From Clostridiales bacterium (GTDB taxonomy: Bacteria > Bacillota > Clostridia > TANB77 > SIG350): DNA of 64,000 nucleotides. The stretch is taken from assembly GCA_015056545.1 (NCBI GenBank), contig SVGE01000001.1:9129-73128 (forward strand). Reading direction: 5' to 3'. Both the position numbers and the translations under genes were made by a program. Within the stretch, counting starts at the first letter, position 1; every line of letters starts with the position of its first letter. Positions 30,634-39,362 of the stretch are shown here, piece by piece. The notes under the pieces were generated by a model that was not told the origin of the DNA, made no database searches, and saw nothing but the letters and a program-made list of their open reading frames with translations.

Positions 30634-31155
30634 ATATTGACAAGTTGAAATATTTATTATATAAAATTATTGGAGCAAAAATATTATTTTGTGTAATAGG
30701 GTGAATGTTTAGCACCTTAATTAAAAAAATATTCACGATTGCACAAAATAATATTTTTGCGAAAAACAGGTAGCGAAAATTTGCTATATAGTATGTATAT
30801 TTGTATAATGATTGATTCAACTATATAGTTTTAAGTTTTTATTGATTACATATTTTTTATATAAACTTTATATTTGATATATTTTATATATAATTTATTT
30901 TAATTGATTTATTTTTACTTTAGTTTAATTTACTTATCTATTATATATTATTTTTTAAAATTTACTAAACTATATTTATTTTATTAAACTAATTATAATA
31001 AACATATAATTTATATTAATTTTATAAAAATTACAAAAATGGCTTAAATTTGTTTTTTACCCTATTTTAAAGACAACAAACTATATGCCTTAAATGTTAA
31101 AAATCGATTTTTGCCCCCTTTTTGTGCGTCGAACTCTGGAGGTGTTGATATAGCT

Positions 31156-32142
31156 ATGTTTTACGAGGATAATCCTGAAATTTTAAACAAATTTCTTATG
31201 TATAAGTTAAATAATGAGAATTTATCATCAAAAACTGTACAAGAATATGAATATGATTTATATAATTTTTTAAAGGCTATGAAAGTTATAAAAAAATCAT
31301 ATAAAGAATTAGAAAATTTATCTAAAGAAGATTTTGATAAAATTTTAATCAAAGATTTAGATTCAGATTTTTTAAATAAAATCTCTTCTTTAGATATTGA
31401 TTATTATATTTCATATTTAAATATAAATAAAAAATATAAACCACATACTAGAGCTAGAACTGTTGCTAGTATAAAATCATTTTTTAAATGTTTATTTTTA
31501 AATTTAAAAGAAATAAATAATAATCCTGCAGAAACTGTTAAAGCTCCAAAACTTGGTAGCCGAATTCCAAAATATTTAACATTATCAGAAGCTCAAAGTT
31601 TATTAAATACAGTTAAAAATGATAATAAAAGTAAATTTAAAGAAAGAGATTATTGTATTATTACCCTATTTTTAAATTGTGGTATGCGTTTATCTGAGCT
31701 AATAAGCATTGATATAACTGGTATTAGAGATAATGATACAATTAATGTATTAGGTAAAGGAAATAAAGAAAGAACTGTATATTTGAATAATGCCTGTAAA
31801 AAAGCTTTAAATGATTATATACCTACTCGTAATACTCTGACAAATATAAAAGATAAAAATGCCTTATTTTTGAGCGAACGTGGTACAAGATTATCTAGAA
31901 GAACTGTTGAATATATAGTTGAAAAATATATTACAATGGCTGGTTTGGATCCAAACAAGTTTACACCTCATAAATTAAGACATACAGCGGCTACTTTAAT
32001 GTATGGTTCAGGTGTAGATATAAGAACCTTGCAAGAAGTATTAGGACATGAAAGTATTAAAACTACTGAAATATATACACATATAGATAATGGAGAAATT
32101 AGAAAAGCTGTAGATGTTAATCCTTTAAATACAGAGATATAG
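31156..32142 (+). CDS. Tyrosine site-specific recombinase (XerC/XerD/phage-integrase family)
   Basis: C-terminal HKLRHTAATLMYGSGVDIRTLQEVLGHESIKTTEIYTH (R…HxxR…Y catalytic signature); RBS ggagg; start placed at MFYEDNPEIL. Confidence 0.8.
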   Translation: MFYEDNPEILNKFLMYKLNNENLSSKTVQEYEYDLYNFLKAMKVIKKSYKELENLSKEDFDKILIKDLDSDFLNKISSLDIDYYISYLNINKKYKPHTRARTVASIKSFFKCLFLNLKEINNNPAETVKAPKLGSRIPKYLTLSEAQSLLNTVKNDNKSKFKERDYCIITLFLNCGMRLSELISIDITGIRDNDTINVLGKGNKERTVYLNNACKKALNDYIPTRNTLTNIKDKNALFLSERGTRLSRRTVEYIVEKYITMAGLDPNKFTPHKLRHTAATLMYGSGVDIRTLQEVLGHESIKTTEIYTHIDNGEIRKAVDVNPLNTEI

Positions 32143-32149
32143 TATTAGA

Positions 32150-32467
32150 CTATATCTCTGGTATTTTTATTACTTGATTATTATATATATCAGAATTATC
32201 TAAATTATTAATTTGTTTTAATTCATAAACAATCTCACGAACATCTTTTTTATTATAATTTATATTATTTTCCTTAACTAAAGTAGCAATATTCCATAAA
32301 CTATCATTTGAACCAATTGTAAAGTCCTCATATTTAATTTCAGTTTTAGATAATGAGTTATTATTAAAACCAAATAAAATAATTAATATAGCTAGTACTA
32401 AAAAATATCCATATCCCCCTACTTTATTCTTTTTATTTAATTTTCTATTTCTATTTTTATTTTTCAT
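32150..32467 (-). CDS. yneA: YneA-like LysM-domain membrane protein (SOS cell-division inhibitor candidate)
   Basis: 105 aa; one TM; then LysM (YEDFTIGSNDSLWNIAT…NQVIKIPEI); two LexA boxes in its promoter; strong RBS aggagg. Confidence 0.6.
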   Translation of the reverse strand: MKNKNRNRKLNKKNKVGGYGYFLVLAILIILFGFNNNSLSKTEIKYEDFTIGSNDSLWNIATLVKENNINYNKKDVREIVYELKQINNLDNSDIYNNQVIKIPEI

Positions 32468-32481
32468 AATATTACCTCCTC

Positions 32482-32527
32482 GAACAACTGTTCTTTTGAT
32501 GACTATATTCTATCAGAACAACTGTTC
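32482..32527 (-). promoter_or_regulatory. Two identical LexA/Cheo (SOS) boxes GAACAACTGTTC (32482-32493 and 32516-32527), spaced 22 bp apart, directly upstream of the LysM gene's RBS
   Basis: Perfect matches to the Firmicute LexA consensus GAAC-N4-GTTC, seen directly; placement matches yneA-type SOS operators. Confidence 0.6.
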
Positions 32528-32559
32528 GTTGTCAATAGAAAATTTAAATTTTTTTAAAT

Positions 32560-33054
32560 TTATTTTCTAAATCCTTGAATATGAATGAAACGTATATCTT
32601 TAAATATGTACTTTGATAATCTTTTATTTAAAACATCTATGGTATGTGAACAAACAAATATATTATCTAAATTATTATAATCAATTTTAGTTATTATCAA
32701 ACTATGTGAATACATTTTTTTATCGAACTTTAATTGAATTACATCCCCTACTTCAACTTTATCAATTGATGATTTCTCTGCATATGGTCCTACTCCTTTA
32801 TTATTAATTAAAAAATTATATAAAAATTCAACTCCTGTCCAAGAAGGAGACTTATCATTTGCATTTGTATAGTACCATCCATATAATTTATCTGTATAAT
32901 TCATAATTTTACAACCTTCATATATACATTGGGATATAAATGATGTGCAATCTCCTCCAACAAAATCAAAATTATAATATTGTGGATTTCTACTTAATGC
33001 CCATTTTAGAGCATAATTAATAGCTAATTCTCTATTATAAGTATATTTTTTCAT
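32560..33054 (-). CDS. Putative amidase-domain (Amidase_6 / NlpC-P60-like Cys peptidase) protein
   Basis: GGDCTSFISQC motif (catalytic Cys candidate) and a conserved His further on; 164 aa. Confidence 0.4.
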   Translation of the reverse strand: MKKYTYNRELAINYALKWALSRNPQYYNFDFVGGDCTSFISQCIYEGCKIMNYTDKLYGWYYTNANDKSPSWTGVEFLYNFLINNKGVGPYAEKSSIDKVEVGDVIQLKFDKKMYSHSLIITKIDYNNLDNIFVCSHTIDVLNKRLSKYIFKDIRFIHIQGFRK

Positions 33055-33160
33055 GAAATTATCTCCTTATACTATAAAACTAAATATAGATATGCTATAA
33101 TTATATTAATTTTTATGAATATTATTAATCTAATTAATATATTTTAAGGGAGGAAGTTTT

Positions 33161-33334
33161 ATGTTTAAACCAGTAATATTAAATTTCGAGCGAATACATT
33201 TAGAAAATGAAAAGCCAAGTTCGTTTTTAGATAACGATACGTGGTGTGAAGAAACTGAATCTAATCTTGATGAGGCACCAGTTGATAAAGAACTTTTTAC
33301 AAAAATAATGAAAAAAATGAGATATAATATTTAA
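33161..33334 (+). CDS. Possible small ORF (57 aa, MFKPVILNFERIHLENEKPSSFLDNDTWCEE…)
   Basis: Not in the ORF track; RBS gggaggaag 5-6 nt upstream; otherwise unsupported. Confidence 0.2.
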   Translation: MFKPVILNFERIHLENEKPSSFLDNDTWCEETESNLDEAPVDKELFTKIMKKMRYNI

Positions 33335-33352
33335 CTAAAGGAGGTTATTTAT

Positions 33353-34141
33353 ATGAGCAAAAAGATTGTTGCAATTGGCGGAGGTCACAATGGAAGAATA
33401 AGAGAAGATGGTACAAAAGCACCATATGAAACAGGGCCTATGGATTTAGAAATAATAAGATTAACAGAAAAACAAAATCCTAATTTCTTATTTTTAGGTC
33501 ATGCTGGTTTAGAATATGAAGATAGCTATTTTGAAACAATGGTAAGAATATACAAAGATATGTATAGCTGTGAATGTAAAATGTTAAAAGCAATAGATTT
33601 AACAAATACAGAAAAAGTAAATGAATTAATTTCTTGGGCAGATATCATATATGAAGGCGGCGGAAATACTAAAACAATGATTGAGCTTTGGGTTAAAACA
33701 GGTTTTGATAAAATATTAAAACAAGCATATGAAGATGGCAAAGTAATGTGTGGTGTTTCAGCCGGAGCAAATTGTTGGTTTAAAGCATGTTCATCTGATG
33801 CTCTTCAAATTGAAACAGGTGATCCAAATGCACCACTTATAAAGGTTGAATGTCTGGGACTTATTAATGCATTTGTTACACCACATTGTGATGAAAATGG
33901 TAGATTTATTGCTACTAGAGATTTATTAAAAGATGAAAATATTGTAGCTATCCTATTATCCAATTGTGCTGCAATTGAAATAGTAGATGATAAATATAAA
34001 ATAATCTTATCAGAGTTAGTAGAAGATCCGGAATTTTTACCTTATGTACAAAGAGCATTTTGGACATCGTCAAACAGTTATAATTGGAAAAACATTAAAG
34101 TAACCGAAGAATTTAAAAAACTTTCTGAAATTTTACTTTAA
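33353..34141 (+). CDS. Peptidase S51 family (dipeptidase E / cyanophycinase-like)
   Basis: IVAIGGG… N-terminus and a GVSAGANCW nucleophile-elbow Ser typical of S51. Confidence 0.6.
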   Translation: MSKKIVAIGGGHNGRIREDGTKAPYETGPMDLEIIRLTEKQNPNFLFLGHAGLEYEDSYFETMVRIYKDMYSCECKMLKAIDLTNTEKVNELISWADIIYEGGGNTKTMIELWVKTGFDKILKQAYEDGKVMCGVSAGANCWFKACSSDALQIETGDPNAPLIKVECLGLINAFVTPHCDENGRFIATRDLLKDENIVAILLSNCAAIEIVDDKYKIILSELVEDPEFLPYVQRAFWTSSNSYNWKNIKVTEEFKKLSEILL

Positions 34142-34153
34142 ATTACTAATAAT

Positions 34154-34194
34154 AAAGAAGACATTTTATTTATTTGAATGTCTTCTTTATTTTA
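34154..34194. terminator. Bidirectional terminator (aaagaagacatt / aatgtcttcttt)
   Basis: 12-bp perfect stem plus T-run between convergent genes. Confidence 0.6.
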
Positions 34195-34202
34195 AATACT
34201 TG

Positions 34203-34928
34203 CTATTTCTTTATTTTTATACAATCATAATCCCAAATTATTTTACCTTTTCCACACCATGGTCTACGTACATAAACACCTGTTAAAATTCCAACAAGTT
34301 TTCCATTTTGAATAATTGGTGTACCACTCATACCTTGTAAAATTCCACCAATTTTATCTAAAAGTTTTTTATCAGTAATTGTAATATCAAAACAAGTTGA
34401 CTTAAATTTTTCATTAATTTTAATATTGATTGAATAATAATTTATTTTTCCAGTTTCATCTCTTATTAATAGTTCAGCATCACCAGAAAATATTTTATCC
34501 GCTACTTTTATTTTCGAATAAGATTTATTATCCAACAATTCAGATTTAACAATTATGCCATTTCCATCTTTAGAAATAATTGTACCCATTTTTTCATTTA
34601 ATTCACTTCCTATAGTTACTTCACCTATATTATCTTTATATGAATAAGTAAAATTAGGTAATATTTTATATGCTGATAATTTTTTGGTATTATTAAATTT
34701 TGCATTATGGCCAATACCATATAAATAATCATCTATTTTAAACGATATCACACCTATTCCTTTAGAATTATCTTCTATATCTTTTATACTTGCAAATTCT
34801 GCAACAAGCTCAACCTCATCAACAATAGGATTAAAGCATTCTATATATTCCTTTGGTTTTGGGAAAAATATGTAAAGCATTGAGAAAAGTATAAAAAATA
34901 TAACTAAATAAATTAACCGTTTTTTCAA
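34203..34928 (-). CDS. Membrane-anchored SpoIVB-type (peptidase S55-like) serine peptidase domain protein, short form
   Basis: N-terminal TM; C-terminal ILQGMSGTPIIQNGKLVGILTGV resembles the S55 catalytic Ser motif (GMSGSP); lacks the PDZ-sized region. Confidence 0.4.
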   Translation of the reverse strand: MKKRLIYLVIFFILFSMLYIFFPKPKEYIECFNPIVDEVELVAEFASIKDIEDNSKGIGVISFKIDDYLYGIGHNAKFNNTKKLSAYKILPNFTYSYKDNIGEVTIGSELNEKMGTIISKDGNGIIVKSELLDNKSYSKIKVADKIFSGDAELLIRDETGKINYYSINIKINEKFKSTCFDITITDKKLLDKIGGILQGMSGTPIIQNGKLVGILTGVYVRRPWCGKGKIIWDYDCIKIKK

Positions 34929-35014
34929 TTTAAATCCTCCTTATAGAAAAATTCTTAAAAATTTTCAATGATATAATTATGTTAACAATTATATCATATC
35001 TAAAAATAGAATTC

Positions 35015-35042
35015 AACAAAAAAACGACTTTAAAAGTCGTTT
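35015..35042 (-). terminator. Terminator downstream of tRNA-Thr (aaacgac / gtcgttt)
   Basis: Hairpin followed by a T-run on the minus strand. Confidence 0.5.
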
Positions 35043-35058
35043 AAAATACATAAGTTTT

Positions 35059-35134
35059 TGGAGCTTTCAGTGAGAATTGAACTCACGACCCCTACCTTAC
35101 CATGGTAGTGCTCTACCTACTGAGCTATGAAAGC
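35059..35134 (-). tRNA. tRNA-Thr (anticodon GGT)
   Basis: Folded by hand: acceptor GCTTTCA/TGAAAGC, D stem GCTC/GAGC, anticodon stem CTACC/GGTAG with loop ATGGTAA, T stem GTGAG/CTCAC with loop TTCAATT, discriminator T, encoded CCA; 76 nt. Confidence 0.85.
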
Positions 35135-35137
35135 AAA

Positions 35138-35791
35138 CTAGTAATAATTCTCTTTATTATTTATAATATTTTTTTCCATTTTCTTTTTTATTCTTTGCAT
35201 TGCATTATCTACAGATTTAGGCTCTACTTCAAGAGATGTAGCTATTTGTGTATATGTATAACCACATAAATGTCTATCTAATACAGTTTTTTCAAAATCA
35301 CTTAATATGTTAGATATTTTATTTTTTACTGTTAAAAACATCTCTTTATTAGCAATAGTATCAGATGGGTCAGGAGCAATTTTATTTTCTAAAATATCTA
35401 CTAAAGCTTTATCACCATTTTCGTCTTCAAATGTAGAATTTAAAGATAAACAATTATTTAAAGGTAATTGTTTCTGCCTTGTAGACATCTTTATTGCAGA
35501 TATTATTTGCCTTCTTATACATAAATCCGCAAAGACTCTAAAAGAACTTTGTTTTTCATTATTAAAGCTTTTAATAGCCTTATATAAACCAATAAGTCCT
35601 TCTTGCACAATATCTTGTTTTTCAGCACCAACAATAAAATATGGTTTAGCTTTTAAATAAACAAAGTTAATATATTTATCCATTAAATATTCTAAAGCTT
35701 TTTTGTCATTATTCTTTATTTGTTCAACTAATTGTTCATCTGTCATCAATTTATATGCATCATTTGACTGTACTAAAAATCTTGAATCCAC
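35138..35791 (-). CDS. sigH: Sporulation-initiation sigma factor SigH (Spo0H)
   Basis: …YLKAKPYFIVGAEKQDIVQEGLIGLYKAIKSFNNEKQSSFRVFADLCIRRQIISAIKMSTRQKQ… aligns closely with B. subtilis SigH; GTG start with RBS ggaggg. Confidence 0.85.
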   Translation of the reverse strand: MDSRFLVQSNDAYKLMTDEQLVEQIKNNDKKALEYLMDKYINFVYLKAKPYFIVGAEKQDIVQEGLIGLYKAIKSFNNEKQSSFRVFADLCIRRQIISAIKMSTRQKQLPLNNCLSLNSTFEDENGDKALVDILENKIAPDPSDTIANKEMFLTVKNKISNILSDFEKTVLDRHLCGYTYTQIATSLEVEPKSVDNAMQRIKKKMEKNIINNKENYY

Positions 35792-36279
35792 TTTAACTGC
35801 CCTCCAACACTTGATTACATCACTATTTTAGTATTAATATTTATAGAAGTCAAGTTAAAAAGCAAAAAAATAAAAAAAAGCGCAAAAAAAATCCCATATT
35901 AGTCGTGCAATAGTTTAATTTAAGAGCCTGCGTATACAGGTGGGTACTCTGTTAGATACTCCTGGGTTTCTTAGAGATAAATTCTAAGCATACACGCCAT
36001 ATCTAAACTACCAAGCTCCCTTTAAATAGATGTTGGTTCTAAATACAATCTATTCATCACGTGCCATATAGGATTTTGTATATATATATTAGCAAATTTT
36101 ATTAGATATATCAAATTAAAATTAATTCAAAAATTACTATATAAATAATATTTTCTTTATATTTTATTATTTTTCTCTTTTTTTCATATTATATTAAATT
36201 TGCAAAGAAATTTTTCTTGTAGTATAATTATTATAAGTTGTTGAAATTCGGACAAGAGTTTTTACAACTTTTTTATTTA

Positions 36280-37803
36280 TTAAAGTAATGGGGCAAAAAT
36301 CTTTAATATACTCTCACCTATTTTCACAAATATGCTTCTTTTTTTCCATTTTTCTAATTCTATTTTTTCGGATTGTTTAAAAGTATTTATAAAATCATTT
36401 TTTATTTTATCTATTTCTTTTATTTTGTATGCTAATATTCCATTTTCCAAAAGCATATACATACTTCTAAAATCAAAATTTTGACTTCCAACAATTGCAA
36501 TTTCATCATCTATTAACATATTCTTAGCATGTATAAATCCTAATGAATATTCATAAATACTAATTCCTGCTTCTAAAAGTTTAGTATAATATGTTCTTGT
36601 TACAGTGTGAACGAAAATATTATCAGGTTTTTTAGGTGTAATAATTCTAATATCTACTCCACTTCTTGATGCTCTAATTAATGTATTAGTAAATTCTTCA
36701 TCCAAAATTAAATATGGGGTCATTATATACACATATTTTTTAGCTATATTAATACATTGAAGATATACATTTTTAGAAGTATAATACTTGTTATATAATC
36801 TATCACTATATAAAATGAGATAACCATTATCTTTAACTATTATATCATTTCTAACAATAAAATCATTTATATTTAATTTGTCATTTGTGCTTATATCATT
36901 CCAAATTTTAATAAACATATTAGTTAAATCATTAACTATTTTACCATTAAATCTAATAGCTGTATCTTTCCATTTATATTTAAATTTTCCATTGTTTATA
37001 TATTCATCAGCAATATTTATTCCGCCAATAAATCCTATTTCTCCATCTATAACAATAATTTTCCTGTGATTTCTTGAATTTATATATGGACCAATACCAC
37101 TTAATAAAGTATTATAGATTTTTAAATGAAAATTATTATGTTTTATTTTCTTTATATCTCTTGGATAAGAAGTAAAACTACCTAAATGATCAAAAATTAT
37201 ATATACTTTTACACCTGAATTCATTTTTTTAATTAAAATATCTTTTATATCTTCCCACATTACTCCTTTTGATAAAATAAAAAAATTGATAAAAATATAT
37301 TTTTTAGCATTTTTTAAATCATAAATAAAATCCGAGAAAAAGTTATTTCCTGTTGGATAATAAATATATTTATCACAAAATCTAAAATTAGTATTACATG
37401 CATTTTCTATAAATTTTCCAATATTATATATTTGCTTATCTTCTTCAAATATCTTCTCATTAATATCATTTTGTTCAACATTTGTACTAATAGAATTATT
37501 CTTTTCAAATTTTTTAATAATATTACTACGAACATATACAGAAAAAAGATATATAGGAATAAATATTATAGGAAAAACAATAATACTTATTAGCCATAAT
37601 ATATTAAATTCATTATCATACTTTTTATTTCCAATTATAAAAATACAAATAAATTGAAAAGTATATAATATACTAGTTAAATTAAGATAACTATAATCTA
37701 AATTAAATAATGGCCAAATATACATTATTTGAAGATAGACAAGAAATAATACTATAATTGTTTTTAAAATGAATTTTAAGGCATTTATGACATAATTAAA
37801 CAT
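36280..37803 (-). CDS. cls: Cardiolipin synthase
   Basis: Two PLD HKD motifs (HRKIIVIDGEIGFIGGINIADEY and HAKNMLIDDEIAIVGSQNFDFRS) plus N-terminal TM helices. Confidence 0.85.
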   Translation of the reverse strand: MFNYVINALKFILKTIIVLFLVYLQIMYIWPLFNLDYSYLNLTSILYTFQFICIFIIGNKKYDNEFNILWLISIIVFPIIFIPIYLFSVYVRSNIIKKFEKNNSISTNVEQNDINEKIFEEDKQIYNIGKFIENACNTNFRFCDKYIYYPTGNNFFSDFIYDLKNAKKYIFINFFILSKGVMWEDIKDILIKKMNSGVKVYIIFDHLGSFTSYPRDIKKIKHNNFHLKIYNTLLSGIGPYINSRNHRKIIVIDGEIGFIGGINIADEYINNGKFKYKWKDTAIRFNGKIVNDLTNMFIKIWNDISTNDKLNINDFIVRNDIIVKDNGYLILYSDRLYNKYYTSKNVYLQCINIAKKYVYIMTPYLILDEEFTNTLIRASRSGVDIRIITPKKPDNIFVHTVTRTYYTKLLEAGISIYEYSLGFIHAKNMLIDDEIAIVGSQNFDFRSMYMLLENGILAYKIKEIDKIKNDFINTFKQSEKIELEKWKKRSIFVKIGESILKIFAPLL

Positions 37804-37875
37804 AGTTTTATCCTTTCACTTTTATGTATCTTTACAATAAAAGTAGTGATACGATATTGCATCACTACCTATATG

Positions 37876-38085
37876 TTATCTGTCATGTTCTTCTTCATTA
37901 ACTTTATTGTAAAATGCTATTGAGTATATTCCGGCTATACCAACTAATATATATATTAATGTAGTTAACCATGAAAAACTACCAAATAAACTTTCAACTA
38001 AATTGAAATTAAATAAACCTATTAGTCCCCAATTTAGGCAACCAACTATGGCTAAAGTTAATATTAACATATTTAAAAATTTCAT
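37876..38085 (-). CDS. DUF378-family small membrane protein
   Basis: 69 aa, 2 TM, …IVGCLNWGLIGLF… pattern. Confidence 0.45.
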   Translation of the reverse strand: MKFLNMLILTLAIVGCLNWGLIGLFNFNLVESLFGSFSWLTTLIYILVGIAGIYSIAFYNKVNEEEHDR

Positions 38086-38295
38086 TTTTTGTACCTCCTA
38101 ATTAGTTTCCTATACATATTATGTACTTTTTGAAAAAAATATATACATTATTTTTAAGTTAAATTTTTACATTATTAACAAAATTTGATTTTTACTATAG
38201 TTTATAATAAAATATACAAACATTTAAATATTATTAATAAAATACTTTTATAGTATTTTAGAAATCTTATTATTTATATAAAGGAGAGAAAAAAC

Positions 38296-38646
38296 ATGTA
38301 CATTAAAGAACAGATTGTAACAATTCTTAATTCATTCAAATTTTGTCCGAACTATATTTGTGAGAAAGGAGAAAAATGTCCTTTTGTAAAAGAGGATTTA
38401 ATTTTGGAAACTGATACAAGAATCTTTGAAGTTGAAGATTTCTTGGCATTTCATCATTTAACACCAGATGATTTTAGATTTTTACTTTTTTCTTACAGAA
38501 GTCTCAAAAAGTGTATAGGAAAAGAATTTTATCTTTCTGATAAGGACTTATTTAAATCAATTAAATATTTCTACGATTTATTTGACTTAGATAATACAAT
38601 TCTCAAAACACTTATTTCAAATGTTTGTCCCAAAGGGCTTTTTTAA
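38296..38646 (+). CDS. Hypothetical protein (116 aa)
   Basis: RBS aaggagag; no motifs. Confidence 0.3.
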   Translation: MYIKEQIVTILNSFKFCPNYICEKGEKCPFVKEDLILETDTRIFEVEDFLAFHHLTPDDFRFLLFSYRSLKKCIGKEFYLSDKDLFKSIKYFYDLFDLDNTILKTLISNVCPKGLF

Positions 38647-38664
38647 TCTTAATAATTGAGAAAA

Positions 38665-38712
38665 AACAACAACAAAAAGCGATTTATATAATCCAATTTG
38701 TTGTTGTTTTAT
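38665..38712. terminator. Bidirectional terminator (aacaacaacaaa / tttgttgttgtt, long loop)
   Basis: 12-bp stem, 20-nt loop, flanked by A and T runs. Confidence 0.4.
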
Positions 38713-38715
38713 TTT

Positions 38716-39297
38716 TTAAATCATATTTTGTATATGATAATATATTTCTGGCCAACTATATACCCTTTTAATTAAATTATCTTCAATTTGTGTATTTTCA
38801 TTATTTAATGAATGAAATAATAATGCATTTATTCCATTATTTGAAGCTTTTTTACAAATAGAAAAAGAATTATCTATAATTAAATCTATTTTTAGTTTTT
38901 TACATACTTCTTCTTTCTCTCCAGTATTAGCATAAACTTCATCATATTTGATTTCATTTTTATCAAGCCATTTTTTTGTTATATCTAATGAATCTTTTAT
39001 AAGATTATCATTTCTAGCTGTAATAAAATAAATATTATGACCTTCATCTTTTAATTTATTTATAACATCTTTTGCTAATATTTTTGGTTGTATATGTATC
39101 ATTTTATTTGTAAAATATTCATCAAAAAAATCTTTTTCCGTTTCCATGTCCCATTCAAAAATATCCATTGCATATTCTTTATTTGCATTAATATTTTTTA
39201 TTTTATTAAATTTTTTCATAGAGTATTCTACACCATATGCTAATTTGAATTCTTGTGTATTAGCAATTGTATCATCAATATCTATTCCTATATTCAT
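38716..39297 (-). CDS. HAD-superfamily 5'(3')-deoxyribonucleotidase-like hydrolase
   Basis: N-terminal IGIDIDDTIANT (DxD HAD motif I); size of about 190 aa. Confidence 0.5.
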   Translation of the reverse strand: MNIGIDIDDTIANTQEFKLAYGVEYSMKKFNKIKNINANKEYAMDIFEWDMETEKDFFDEYFTNKMIHIQPKILAKDVINKLKDEGHNIYFITARNDNLIKDSLDITKKWLDKNEIKYDEVYANTGEKEEVCKKLKIDLIIDNSFSICKKASNNGINALLFHSLNNENTQIEDNLIKRVYSWPEIYYHIQNMI

Positions 39298-39362
39298 ATT
39301 ATCACCTCTTTTAGCAAAAAGTGACTTAACATCATCTTTTGTTAAATCACTTTTGAATATCT

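Noticed and set aside
30841-30960. Looked for a Firmicute dif site (ACTTCCTAGAATATATATTATGTAAACT) near the extra Xer-family recombinase
   Set aside because: Only a vague resemblance (gattacatattttttatataaac) with no convincing match to either half-site
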